Below are positions 49,101 through 57,105 of a stretch of DNA of 64,000 bases, piece after piece (positions within the stretch are counted from its first letter, which is position 1; the number at the start of each line of letters is the position of its first letter). The DNA lies in the NCBI GenBank assembly GCA_036388475.1, contig DASVRT010000020.1:18412-82411 (forward strand), given 5' to 3'. Source of the stretch: Pyrinomonadaceae bacterium (GTDB lineage: Bacteria; Acidobacteriota; Blastocatellia; Pyrinomonadales; Pyrinomonadaceae). Both the position numbers and the translations under genes were made by a program. The notes below the pieces were generated by a model. That model saw nothing but the letters and a program-made list of their open reading frames with translations. It had not been told where the DNA came from and did not search any database.

Positions 49101-51638
49101 AAGCGCGTCGAACTGCGGGTCAACCGCCAGCCAGCTCAATCTGCCGTCGCGGATTTCGAGCGCCTTATCCAGCAATTCAAAGGCTTTTTCCACGTCGCCC
49201 AGATTGACGTAAATCATCGCCAGAAGATACGGCGAGACATACTGCGTCACCGATAAATTCTCGATTTCGCCGATTAAGCCGCGCGCCTCGTCGTCCTGCC
49301 CAGCCGCCGCATAGGCGGAAGCGAACCAGCATAGCGTGTGCGTGCTTCTGCCGAGCAGCGCGACGGCGTGCTGCGCGACCTTTATCGCTTCCTCGTGTCT
49401 GCCGCTGCGCGACAGCACGCCGATCAAAAATAAATGCGCCAAGCCGTAATGCGGTTCTTCTTCAATCAGCCGGTAAGTTCCCGCAATCGCTTCGTCATAG
49501 CGGCGGGCGTGATACAAAAGCCAGTTTAAAGTCTGCGGGATGATGGGCGTAAACGGGTCGAGTTCGAGCGCTTTATTGACTTGCTCGAAGGCTTCTTCAA
49601 AGCGCCCGCGCATCCCCAGTTGATAGGCGTACCAGACGTGCCCGATGGAGTAATTCGGGTTCAGCTCGATCGCCCGGCGAAAATAATTGTCGGCGGCTTC
49701 CCAATCGAAATCGCCCAACTGCGCGGCAAATCCGAGCGCCGCGTAGCCTTCCGCCAGCTTCGGGTCAAAGGCAATCGCCTGCCGCGCCGCTTTTTTCGTC
49801 GCCGCGGTCGTTTCGGCAAAAGGTCGAACCGCATAAATGCCGAGAAAATTGTAATAATCGGCGATTCCGGCATAGGCGAGCGCGTAATCCGGCGCAAGCT
49901 CAATCGCGCGTTGATAAAAGGCGAGCGATTTGGCAAAGCCTTCGACCGTAAATTGATTCCAGTGATGGCGCCCGCGCAGGTAGGCTTCGTAGGCTTCGGC
50001 GTTGTTGGTCGCGCGTTTTGCCAGTTGATTTTTTTCCTCGCCCGTCAGATGCGAAACGAGCGTTTTGACGACGCGCTCGGAAATCGAGTCTTCAATCTCC
50101 AGCACGTCCGTCATTTTTTCGTCGAAGCTTTCAGCCCAGCGCGTCGCGTTTTCGCCGATGCTCAAAAGCTGGACGCTGACGCGCACGCGGTCGCCGATGC
50201 GCCGGATGCTGCCTTCGACGATAAACTCGACGTCCAGCTCGGCGCCCGCCGCAAACGGGTCGGTGCTGCCGGCGTAGCGCATTATGGAGCTGGTCGGGCG
50301 CACCACCAGCCGCTTGACGCCGCTCAGACGCGAGCCGAGCGCGTCCGCCAGACCGATGCTCAGATATTCGTCGCCCGTCTCGTCGCTCTGCGCCGCGCCG
50401 AGCAGTTTAAACGGCAGAATGGCAATCGAATTTTTGGCTGTCCGTTCGGCTTTTACAACGACCGTTACCGGCAAATCAAACGACTGCGCCCGGACGGGAC
50501 GCTTTTCCAGATAATTGGAAATGTCCTCGCTCAATTCGGCGGCGGATTGATAACGCTCCGCCGCGCTTTTGCGCAGGGTTTTCAAAACGATTTTGTCGAG
50601 ATTGCCCGAAAGCTCGTGCTGCAAAGTCTCAAGCGTCGCGCCGCGCGAGGCGAAAATTACATCCAGCGTCGGTTTTTCGCCCGTGCCCGTATCGCTGCGC
50701 GCAAAATTGTCTTCGCGCGTCAGGATTTCGCTCGGGCGCGTCGGTTCTTCTTCGCGGACGGCGCGCGCGATTTCATACGGCGCGCGGCTTTTGACGCGAT
50801 ACGGGCGATGCCCGGTCAGCAGCTCATACAGCAAAACGCCCAGGCTGTAAATGTCGGAGGCGGGCGTGACAGCCTCGCCGGAAATCTGTTCGGGCGAAGC
50901 GTATTGCGGCGTCATCATTCGCATATGCGTCGCCGTCGGCTCCATCGCCGTCGCGCCGAATTCCGGGTCGAGCAATTTGGCGATGCCGAAATCGAGCAGC
51001 TTCGGCGCGCCGTCCGCCTTGACCAGAATATTAGACGGCTTTAAATCGCGATGGATAATTTTATGGCGGTGCGCTTCTTCAAGCGCCGCGCAGATTTTTT
51101 GAAAAATTTGCAATCTTTCATTGATGCTCAAACGCCGCCGGTCGCAATAAGCGTAAAGCTGCTCGCCCTCGACGTATTCCATCACGAAATACGGCAAGCC
51201 TTTTTCGGTCGAGCCGCCGTCGAGCAGGCGCGTGATGTTCGGATGATTCAGCGTGGCGAGAATCTGCCGCTCATTGCGAAAGCGGCGCACGACCAAATCC
51301 GTGTCCATTCCGCGTTTGATAAGCTTGACGGCGACTTGTCGCGAGAAAGCGCCGTCGACTCTTTCCGCGAGGTAAACCGCGCCCATCCCGCCGCGACCGA
51401 GCTCGCGCACCAGCCGGTAAACGCCGATTTGCCGTCCAATCATCGCGTCCAGCTCGCGGTCTTCGGTCGTTTCGCCGGCAAGCGTTTTTTCCAGCATTTC
51501 GCCGGTCAAAAGTTTTTCCACTTCCTCGCGCATCTCGACATCGGCGCAGGTTTCGGCGAGAAAAACGGTGCGCTCCGCCTCGTTCATCGCGAGCGCGGCT
51601 TGAAAAGCTTTTTCGATTTCTTGCTGTCTGGGCGACAT
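46182..51638 (-). CDS. Giant soluble Ser/Thr protein kinase (1818 aa): N-terminal leader, Hanks kinase domain, then three tandem [AVLPF-like module + TPR] repeats
   Basis: GRGGMGAVYLA...VAVKLI...HRDLKPSNIL...DFGIAKL are the kinase subdomains. The modules begin AKNSIAILPFKLL, KSIAVLPLKML and KAIAVLPLRLF. No TM segment. Confidence 0.9.
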   Translation of the reverse strand: MSPRQQEIEKAFQAALAMNEAERTVFLAETCADVEMREEVEKLLTGEMLEKTLAGETTEDRELDAMIGRQIGVYRLVRELGRGGMGAVYLAERVDGAFSRQVAVKLIKRGMDTDLVVRRFRNERQILATLNHPNITRLLDGGSTEKGLPYFVMEYVEGEQLYAYCDRRRLSINERLQIFQKICAALEEAHRHKIIHRDLKPSNILVKADGAPKLLDFGIAKLLDPEFGATAMEPTATHMRMMTPQYASPEQISGEAVTPASDIYSLGVLLYELLTGHRPYRVKSRAPYEIARAVREEEPTRPSEILTREDNFARSDTGTGEKPTLDVIFASRGATLETLQHELSGNLDKIVLKTLRKSAAERYQSAAELSEDISNYLEKRPVRAQSFDLPVTVVVKAERTAKNSIAILPFKLLGAAQSDETGDEYLSIGLADALGSRLSGVKRLVVRPTSSIMRYAGSTDPFAAGAELDVEFIVEGSIRRIGDRVRVSVQLLSIGENATRWAESFDEKMTDVLEIEDSISERVVKTLVSHLTGEEKNQLAKRATNNAEAYEAYLRGRHHWNQFTVEGFAKSLAFYQRAIELAPDYALAYAGIADYYNFLGIYAVRPFAETTAATKKAARQAIAFDPKLAEGYAALGFAAQLGDFDWEAADNYFRRAIELNPNYSIGHVWYAYQLGMRGRFEEAFEQVNKALELDPFTPIIPQTLNWLLYHARRYDEAIAGTYRLIEEEPHYGLAHLFLIGVLSRSGRHEEAIKVAQHAVALLGRSTHTLCWFASAYAAAGQDDEARGLIGEIENLSVTQYVSPYLLAMIYVNLGDVEKAFELLDKALEIRDGRLSWLAVDPQFDALAADARCERLLKAINHPSVRRQKASGATKDKEKSIAVLPLKMLGTRDSDDEYLGIGLTDALISRLSNVRRFIVRPTSSILNFKENTDPFAAGGELNVDYVLDGNIRRSGARIRVSVQLLSVRGNSTEWAQSFDEKASDILEFEDLISEQVVKSLVPHLTGEEQQQLAKRATEKAEAYEAYLRGRFNWNLHSEEGFARAIQFYRRAVELDPNYALAYAALTEYYIFLGIHCVIPFAAGAKPAREAAEKAVALDPTLAEGYAVLGFVEISYNWDWDAAEKHLRRAIELNPNSVAAHSWLNTVLSHSGRFDEALDEINRVLELDPDSILSLHLQAWVLYHARRFDESIAVHRKMLGNEPNYAWGLQTFSWVLRRAGQYGEAIASAEKSVRLTGENPFYLNELAAAYAEAGERAEAEKILARLREISQARFVSEYMLALIYCALGDKDSAFENLEKSFAARDAWLNWLGVDPQFDILRDDARYADLLRRSGNPLAQPPEESKIARLDTGGAKAIAVLPLRLFGALTGAGEDEYLGIGLTDALITRLSNVRRFVMRPTSSVLQYAQTEVDPFEAGKKLAVDYVLDGSIRRSGERIRVTVQLLSVSENATVWAESFDEKSSDVLELEDSISEKVAQSLIPQLTGEERRQLEKRGTNDPEAYEAYLRGRFHWNQFTPDALIKALESFQKAINLDPDYALAYVGLADFYTWANIYGIMPSRVALEKSEAAARRAIELDDQLGEAYAALGLHTQNMQNWDEAERIYHRAAELNPNYPNSHEWYAAWLVGTGRFEKGVREILLAEQLDPLSLRTKTLVAWTMYQARHHKESLAKGREIIDLDPNYPQGYAQTGINLWALGRIDEAVGFLEKFAAMIPQSGLPKYKLCFAYVAVGRMDEARAVLREMQELDGATYLKPYFLGMAHAALGDRDEAFDYFEKSQAEFDPWLLWFATEPMLDSIRDDARYGDLLRRMKLPEIEKPIK

Positions 51639-51720
51639 CGTTTATGCAATCAGAAGATTGTCGCAAGTATAACGAAATTAGCCGAATGCGACAATTTTTT
51701 TGCGAGATTATTTGCCTGCC

Positions 51721-51772
51721 TGATACTTTTTCCGCTTGATTTGCGCGTTACAGACAACGCGCAAATCAAGCG
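51721..51772 (+). promoter_or_regulatory. Candidate promoter, instance a (TGATAC-N17-CGCGTTAC), overlapping a perfect 17-bp-arm palindrome
   Basis: TGATAC at 51721-51726. CGCTTGATTTGCGCGTT-acagac-AACGCGCAAATCAAGCG spans 51733-51772. It sits in the divergent region between the kinase start (51638) and the lipase-gene start (51814). Confidence 0.35.
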
Positions 51773-51813
51773 CCGCAGCCGCGCGGCGAGCGGGACAGCT
51801 TTCAAAGGAAATT

Positions 51814-54165
51814 ATGAAAAAAATCGCATCAAACTTTACTTTCAGGAAATTATTTTTAATCGTTTTGTGTTTAAACGTTTTGAGCGGCAACGTTCTGAGC
51901 GCGGCGGCGCAAACGCGGCGCGCTTCAAATCAACCGGCTTCGAGCAATCAGCCGAATAAATCCGCGCCGAAATGCTCCGGCGCGTGGACGGGCAATATCA
52001 CATACACGCGAACGCAGACGATGACCGACAGCAAAACCGTCAAGCGAGTTTCAAATCGCGGCGAGGACAAGCGCGATTGGGAGATGCGATACAACTACAA
52101 AGCGTCGGTCGCCGTTCTGGAAACACCCGAAAAAAACGGCTCGAACATCGGCAAAGCGCGCATCGAGCATAAGTTTTCATCAATCGACAAAACCATCGCC
52201 AGAGAAGAAAACTCGTGCGACCGCGGCAAGACTTTCCAGGTGATGACCGGAAATTTTCTGACGAAAGCCGAAACGACCGGAAACGCCACCAATGCCGAGG
52301 CGAATGTTAATGTCGGCGTGAACGCCGACGGCACATATACGGTGAGCGTCGGCTTGCCGCAAATTCAAGGGCTGACGACCGGAAAAGAAACTTCCAGCTT
52401 CAGCGGGCAGTGCCAACCGAAAAAAGGCAAAGATTTGACGCTGCCGGAAACGCCGACGAGCGTCGATGGAAATTCGCTAACCAGCGAGGGCAAAGACCGC
52501 ATTAATCCGCAAGACCCGAATCGTCTTTCGGGAAGCTATTCGAAAACGTGGCAGAACGTGACGGAAACGATTTCGTGGAATCTGGAAAAATGCGGCGCGC
52601 CGCTCAGGATTACGGATTTGCAGTTTGAAGATATGAAATATCCGAACTGGAACGACTGGCAGGAAATCGTCGAACAGCGCGGAACGATTGACGGCAATCT
52701 CGTTAAAATCAAAGCCAAAATTTTGAACACTTCGGGCGAAACGAAATTCGCCGACGTGCGTTTTAAAGAAACTTACAAAGGCGACAAATGGGACGGCGCA
52801 CGACCCGACGCGCCGCTGAAAGACGATGTCGCTTCGGTGCGCGTCGAAGCAAACAGCGAAGAAACGGTCGAATTGGTCTGGGATTCGTCAGGCTACGCGT
52901 GGTTTGACGACGGTCGCCCGCGACTCGTGCAGCGCATCAAAGCCGAACTCGAAGAAAACAGCAAAAAGATTGACGAAGCGACGGAAAATCTGAAAGTCGC
53001 GCCGAAACCGCTCGTGCTGGTTCACGGACTCTGGAGCAATTGGGGCGCGTGGCTGCCGTGGCAGAATATTCTGACGACTTCGCACTCTTACGATTGGAAA
53101 GCGTTTCCGGTCGGCGAAAAGCCCGAACACGGCGTGATGAACACGGGCACGACGTTTATGTCTTCGGAACAGACGGATTCAATCGCCGACAACGCGCACA
53201 AGCTTGAAACATACATCGAATACGCCCAAAAAGACCGTAACGCGTGGCACGTCGATGTCGCGGCGCATTCGATGGGCGGGCTGATTTCGCGTTATTACAT
53301 CGACCAGATTATGCAGAATAATGCCGAGGACGGTCGCCCGCGCATTTCGCATCTCGTGATGCTCGGCACGCCGAATATGGGTTCGCCCTGCGCCGATGTG
53401 ATGGATTTGGCGTTTGGAATGGTCGGCAAACAGGTCGAAGCCGTGCGCCAATTGCAGCAGGATTATGTCGAAGGTTTCAACAAAGTCATCACGCAGCGCA
53501 AAGGCGTCAAATTCTCCGCTCTCGCCGGAAATTCGGTGCCGACCGTCTGCAAATGGTCGGGCGCGGGCGACGGCGTGGTGCAAGTGCCGTCAGCGCATTG
53601 GACAATCAAAGATACGGGTTTGTCCGACAGCCTGCACACCGATTTGACCGGCACGAAAGATTTCTCGAATTTCGTCAAACCGCACGTGGCAATCGGACCG
53701 AAAGGCAATCACAATCCCGAAATGCCCCAGATGCCCAATCGGACGGGACAGCAGCAGCAGCAAAATCAATTCGGCGCGTATTTTATGAACGCGTCATACC
53801 AAGCGCCGGTTTCAAACGAGTTTTCGCTTCCGAATACGATTGATAAAGATTATTACAAACCCGATTTTGCGAAAGCGGTCAAACTCGCGCCGAAGCAGTC
53901 GGTCGAAATCGAAATTCCCGTCCCGACGGCGCAAAATTTCGGCATCACGTTTATGGCTGATTCAAACGTGTCCGCCACGCTTTCGAGCGACAAAGGCGAA
54001 GTTCTCGGCAAAAATCTGACGAAAACGCCCGAAGCGAATTTGTGGTTTCGTTCGATTTTCGTGAACCGCAACGTCAGCGCCGGAACGTGGAAACTGAAGC
54101 TCGAAAACACTTCCGACCGCGAGCACGAAGCGATTATCGCGACGTGGAAAGACGCCTTGAAGTAA
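51814..54165 (+). CDS. Secreted alpha/beta-hydrolase (Lipase_2/PGAP1-like) lipase-esterase with N- and C-terminal beta-sandwich domains
   Basis: Start at the ATG at 51814 with AAAGGAAATT upstream (track ORF starts at 51736); signal peptide MKKIASNFTFRKLFLIVLCLNVLSGNVLSAAA. PLVLVHGLWSNWGAW ... AAHSMGGLISRYY ... LGTPNMGSP ... GDGVVQV. Confidence 0.7.
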   Translation: MKKIASNFTFRKLFLIVLCLNVLSGNVLSAAAQTRRASNQPASSNQPNKSAPKCSGAWTGNITYTRTQTMTDSKTVKRVSNRGEDKRDWEMRYNYKASVAVLETPEKNGSNIGKARIEHKFSSIDKTIAREENSCDRGKTFQVMTGNFLTKAETTGNATNAEANVNVGVNADGTYTVSVGLPQIQGLTTGKETSSFSGQCQPKKGKDLTLPETPTSVDGNSLTSEGKDRINPQDPNRLSGSYSKTWQNVTETISWNLEKCGAPLRITDLQFEDMKYPNWNDWQEIVEQRGTIDGNLVKIKAKILNTSGETKFADVRFKETYKGDKWDGARPDAPLKDDVASVRVEANSEETVELVWDSSGYAWFDDGRPRLVQRIKAELEENSKKIDEATENLKVAPKPLVLVHGLWSNWGAWLPWQNILTTSHSYDWKAFPVGEKPEHGVMNTGTTFMSSEQTDSIADNAHKLETYIEYAQKDRNAWHVDVAAHSMGGLISRYYIDQIMQNNAEDGRPRISHLVMLGTPNMGSPCADVMDLAFGMVGKQVEAVRQLQQDYVEGFNKVITQRKGVKFSALAGNSVPTVCKWSGAGDGVVQVPSAHWTIKDTGLSDSLHTDLTGTKDFSNFVKPHVAIGPKGNHNPEMPQMPNRTGQQQQQNQFGAYFMNASYQAPVSNEFSLPNTIDKDYYKPDFAKAVKLAPKQSVEIEIPVPTAQNFGITFMADSNVSATLSSDKGEVLGKNLTKTPEANLWFRSIFVNRNVSAGTWKLKLENTSDREHEAIIATWKDALK

Positions 54166-54265
54166 AGAAATAACAATTTGCAATTTGCCCGCCAAACTCG
54201 CCGGAATGTTTCTTATTAGATTCGTTTCGGCGAGTTTTCCCTTTTCCGGAAAAACTTTTTTCGCC

Positions 54266-54299
54266 TGATACTTTTCCCCGAAATTCTCCGCTTTAACAA
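54266..54299 (+). promoter_or_regulatory. Candidate promoter, instance b: TGATAC-N17-CGCTTTAACAA
   Basis: TGATAC at 54266-54271; CCGCTTTAACAA at 54288-54299. ATG at 54343. Confidence 0.4.
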
Positions 54300-54342
54300 T
54301 CAGAACAAAACTTATATCCATTCATCAACAAAGGAATTTTTT

Positions 54343-54768
54343 ATGTCATATCAAGTTGCAAACAATTCGAATTCAATCAACGCTCAAACTTCGAGTTTCG
54401 GGCTTTCGCCGAACGCCGCGTCGCTGGTCAGCTACGTCTGGGTTCCCGTGACGAGCATTCTCGTTATTGCCACCGAAAAACAGAATCGCCTCGTACGTTT
54501 TCACGCCTGGCAATCGCTTTTCTTCGGTCTCGGCATTTTTGCCCTGACGATTGTTTTAAGCCTCGTCATCGGCGTTCTGATGCTGGTTGCCGGCGCGATT
54601 TCGCCGTATCTCGGCATCATCGTCTCGCTCGGCTCGCTGCTCGTCTGGATGATTCTGGCGCTGGCGATTCTCGGCGCGTGGATTATGTGTCTGGTGAAAG
54701 CGTATAAAGGCGAAATGTACCGGCTGCCGGTGGTCGGCAAATACGCCGAAAATATGAGCGTCAAATAG
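54343..54768 (+). CDS. DUF4870-like small membrane protein
   Basis: 141 aa; RFHAWQSLFFGL motif and three TM segments. Confidence 0.6.
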   Translation: MSYQVANNSNSINAQTSSFGLSPNAASLVSYVWVPVTSILVIATEKQNRLVRFHAWQSLFFGLGIFALTIVLSLVIGVLMLVAGAISPYLGIIVSLGSLLVWMILALAILGAWIMCLVKAYKGEMYRLPVVGKYAENMSVK

Positions 54769-54804
54769 AGGAGAATTTGCTTCGCAGACAAAATAAAAGA
54801 CCGC

Positions 54805-54852
54805 CGCCGGAATTAAATCCCGGCAGCCCGCGTACCAGACGCGGGCTTTTTA
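54805..54852 (+). terminator. Rho-independent terminator (two adjacent hairpins)
   Basis: GCCGGaattaaatCCCGGC, then AGCCCGCGT-accag-ACGCGGGCT followed by TTTTT. Confidence 0.65.
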
Positions 54853-54899
54853 ATTTGGAATTAAAGCGCGCGTTTCGCACTCTGAAAGCTACCATCGCG

Positions 54900-54936
54900 T
54901 GATACCTTTTGCCGCTCGATTTCCGCTTTAACAAGT
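54900..54936 (+). promoter_or_regulatory. Candidate promoter, instance c: TGATAC-N18-CGCTTTAACAA
   Basis: TGATAC at 54900-54905; CCGCTTTAACAAG from 54923. ATG at 54967. Confidence 0.4.
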
Positions 54937-54966
54937 GACCGACAATTTTTACAGGAGAACATCCCG

Positions 54967-55443
54967 ATGAAAAACCAACTTAATATTTTACTCGTCTTAA
55001 TTTTACTTTTAGGTGTCAGCCTGGCGTGCAATCGCTCGGAGGCAAAACCCGACTTCAAAAATCAAACCGAAAACCGCGCGGCGAAAACCGAGAAAACGGA
55101 CGGCAGCAGCAGCGAAACCGAACGCCTCGACAGCTACAGCTTGCGCGGTCTGGAATTTATCTACTACAAAATTCCGGCTGACCTGAGCCGCGAGCAGTTG
55201 ATTGAAACGGCGCAGAAGCTGCACGAAGAAGAGCCGAAAGCGCAGTTGATTCTGGTCGACGACGATTCGCAGGTCGAAGATTACGTCAAATACGCGAAAG
55301 CCGTCAGCAGCGGCGATTACGACGCGGAATTTCCGAAACAGTGGGCGGAAGACCACATCGTTGCCAACGTCCAGAAGCTTCTGAGCGGCAAATGGATGGT
55401 CTATGAAAGCTACGGCTACAAGGAAATCGCGGAATTGAAATAA
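54967..55443 (+). CDS. Hypothetical lipoprotein
   Basis: MKNQLNILLVLILLLGVSLAC lipobox. Confidence 0.55.
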   Translation: MKNQLNILLVLILLLGVSLACNRSEAKPDFKNQTENRAAKTEKTDGSSSETERLDSYSLRGLEFIYYKIPADLSREQLIETAQKLHEEEPKAQLILVDDDSQVEDYVKYAKAVSSGDYDAEFPKQWAEDHIVANVQKLLSGKWMVYESYGYKEIAELK

Positions 55444-55485
55444 TTTAAAACCGGGAAACGTTTAAATAGAAAAGGAACTCGCGCT

Positions 55486-56289
55486 ATGAAAAAAACAATT
55501 TATCTTTTCGCATTCATTTTTACGGTTTTGTCATTTGCCGCCGCGCCCGAATCGGCGAGCGCGCAGTACAACTTCAATTACAGCAGCAGCATCTGGGTCA
55601 ACGGCAATATGAACCTGCTTTTCCAGAAGCGCTGGGAGACGGCGCGGATTCGCGCGGCGGGCAAAACCCAGCTCGCCGACGCGATGGAAGGCAGACGCAG
55701 CGGCGGCAATCCGACGAGCGCGCAAGTCGCGCCGGCGGAAAACATTCTGCGCCGCGTGCCTATAACGGAAACTTCTTTTAAATCAAATCCGGCGACGATT
55801 ATGCCCGCCGTTTTCGGCGCGTCGCTGGTCGATGCCAAACCGGAAGACAGCCGGACGCTCATCAAAGTTTCGGGCGAGCTGCTCAAAAATTACGAGGAAA
55901 TGCTTGTTACCAATAAAGAAACGCACTTGAAAAACAACGTCGCGGGCGCGGCGACTTTTGCGCTGGTGACGAGCCGCTCGATTTTGACCGAAGGCAAAAA
56001 CGAGCTTTCGGAAAAACAGACCGAAGCCCTTTTGCAGGACATCAACGCGCTGCTCGCTTCGAGCGAGAATTTCAAGAAAATGACGGACGCCGAGAAACAG
56101 AAAATGTATGAAACATTCGTCATCGCCGGCGGTTTAACGACGATGCTTTATCGCGAAGGCACGGAAAAAACCGACGCTGAAATCCTCGCCAAAGGCAAAG
56201 ATTTGGCGAAAGCCGTTTTGTCGCAGTTCTTTAAGCGGTCGCTGAACGAAATCAGTTTTACTGAAGACGGCGTGCAATTCGGCTTTTAA
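55486..56289 (+). CDS. Hypothetical secreted protein
   Basis: Signal peptide MKKTIYLFAFIFTVLSFAAAPESASA. Confidence 0.5.
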   Translation: MKKTIYLFAFIFTVLSFAAAPESASAQYNFNYSSSIWVNGNMNLLFQKRWETARIRAAGKTQLADAMEGRRSGGNPTSAQVAPAENILRRVPITETSFKSNPATIMPAVFGASLVDAKPEDSRTLIKVSGELLKNYEEMLVTNKETHLKNNVAGAATFALVTSRSILTEGKNELSEKQTEALLQDINALLASSENFKKMTDAEKQKMYETFVIAGGLTTMLYREGTEKTDAEILAKGKDLAKAVLSQFFKRSLNEISFTEDGVQFGF

Positions 56290-56337
56290 TGTAAAGGCGC
56301 GCCGGTTTTGCCGTTCGCGCCTTTTGACCGAGGAAAA

Positions 56338-56715
56338 ATGAAATTTGCCAGGTATACATTTCTGATTGCGGCAATTTACGGTTTGCTGGCGCTCGCGCCG
56401 CAGTATTTTCTCGAAGCGAAAAACGGTCGGGATTTTCCGCCCGCGATAACGCATCCCGAATATTATTACGGTTTTACGGGCGTCGCGCTGGCGTGGCAAA
56501 TCGCTTTTCTGATTATTTCGCGCGAGCCGTCACGATATCGCCCGATAATGATTCCGGCGATGTTCGAAAAATTCAGTTTCGGCGTTGCCGCAATCGTTTT
56601 GTTTTTGCAAAACCGACTGCCCGCGATGCTGCTCGGCGCGGGAATTTTGGATTTAATTCTCGGCGCGCTTTTCGTCGCCGCCTTTCTTAAGACGAAAGAA
56701 AAGCGGGAAGCGTAA
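56338..56715 (+). CDS. Hypothetical integral membrane protein
   Basis: Start at the ATG at 56338 (GAGGAAAA Shine-Dalgarno); four predicted TM segments. Confidence 0.5.
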   Translation: MKFARYTFLIAAIYGLLALAPQYFLEAKNGRDFPPAITHPEYYYGFTGVALAWQIAFLIISREPSRYRPIMIPAMFEKFSFGVAAIVLFLQNRLPAMLLGAGILDLILGALFVAAFLKTKEKREA

Positions 56716-56830
56716 AGTTTCTCACACGTGCCGGAAACAATTCGGAAGACGGGCGAATCCAGAGTCGCCCGTTTTTCCGACAAAGCGCCGTCCGTCCGGT
56801 TTTATCACGCTCGAACCGGCGACGGCGACA

Positions 56831-56892
56831 GACGAAGTAAAGCATTTATTGCAGAAGAACGGTTATCTCCGCAAAATATGCTTTACTTCGTC
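56831..56892. terminator. Hairpin with a 15-bp stem
   Basis: GACGAAGTAAAGCAT - 32-nt loop - ATGCTTTACTTCGTC. Confidence 0.5.
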
Positions 56893-56904
56893 CTACGCGA
56901 TTAA

Positions 56905-57105
56905 AAGAAATTCACCAGACGGACACAAAGAACACTAAAGAGAAATACTCCGCAGACAAACCGGAAACGACACGGATAAGAAATTGATTTGAAATCTGAA
57001 ATCTGAAATTTCAAAATCGCAATTCTCGCGTGCTTATCTGCGCCCGTTCGTGTTTATCTGCGGGCTATTCTTTAGTGTTCTTTGTGTCCGTCTGGTGAAA
57101 TTTAA
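56905..57105. repeat. About 200-bp palindromic MITE-like element, copy E1: 29-bp perfect terminal inverted repeats around a TTTGAAATCTGAAAT core
   Basis: CACCAGACGGACACAAAGAACACTAAAGA at 56912-56940 matches its reverse complement at 57072-57100. The core GATAAGAAATTGATTTGAAATCTGAAATCTGAAATTTC is shared with copy E2. It abuts the kinase stop at 57102. Confidence 0.6.

Noticed and set aside
47982-51959. Large plus-strand ORFs (47982-49004, 49581-51044, 51051-51959) inside the kinase gene
   Set aside because: They are antisense to a well-supported kinase CDS. Their similarity to one another only reflects the internal triplication of the kinase gene.
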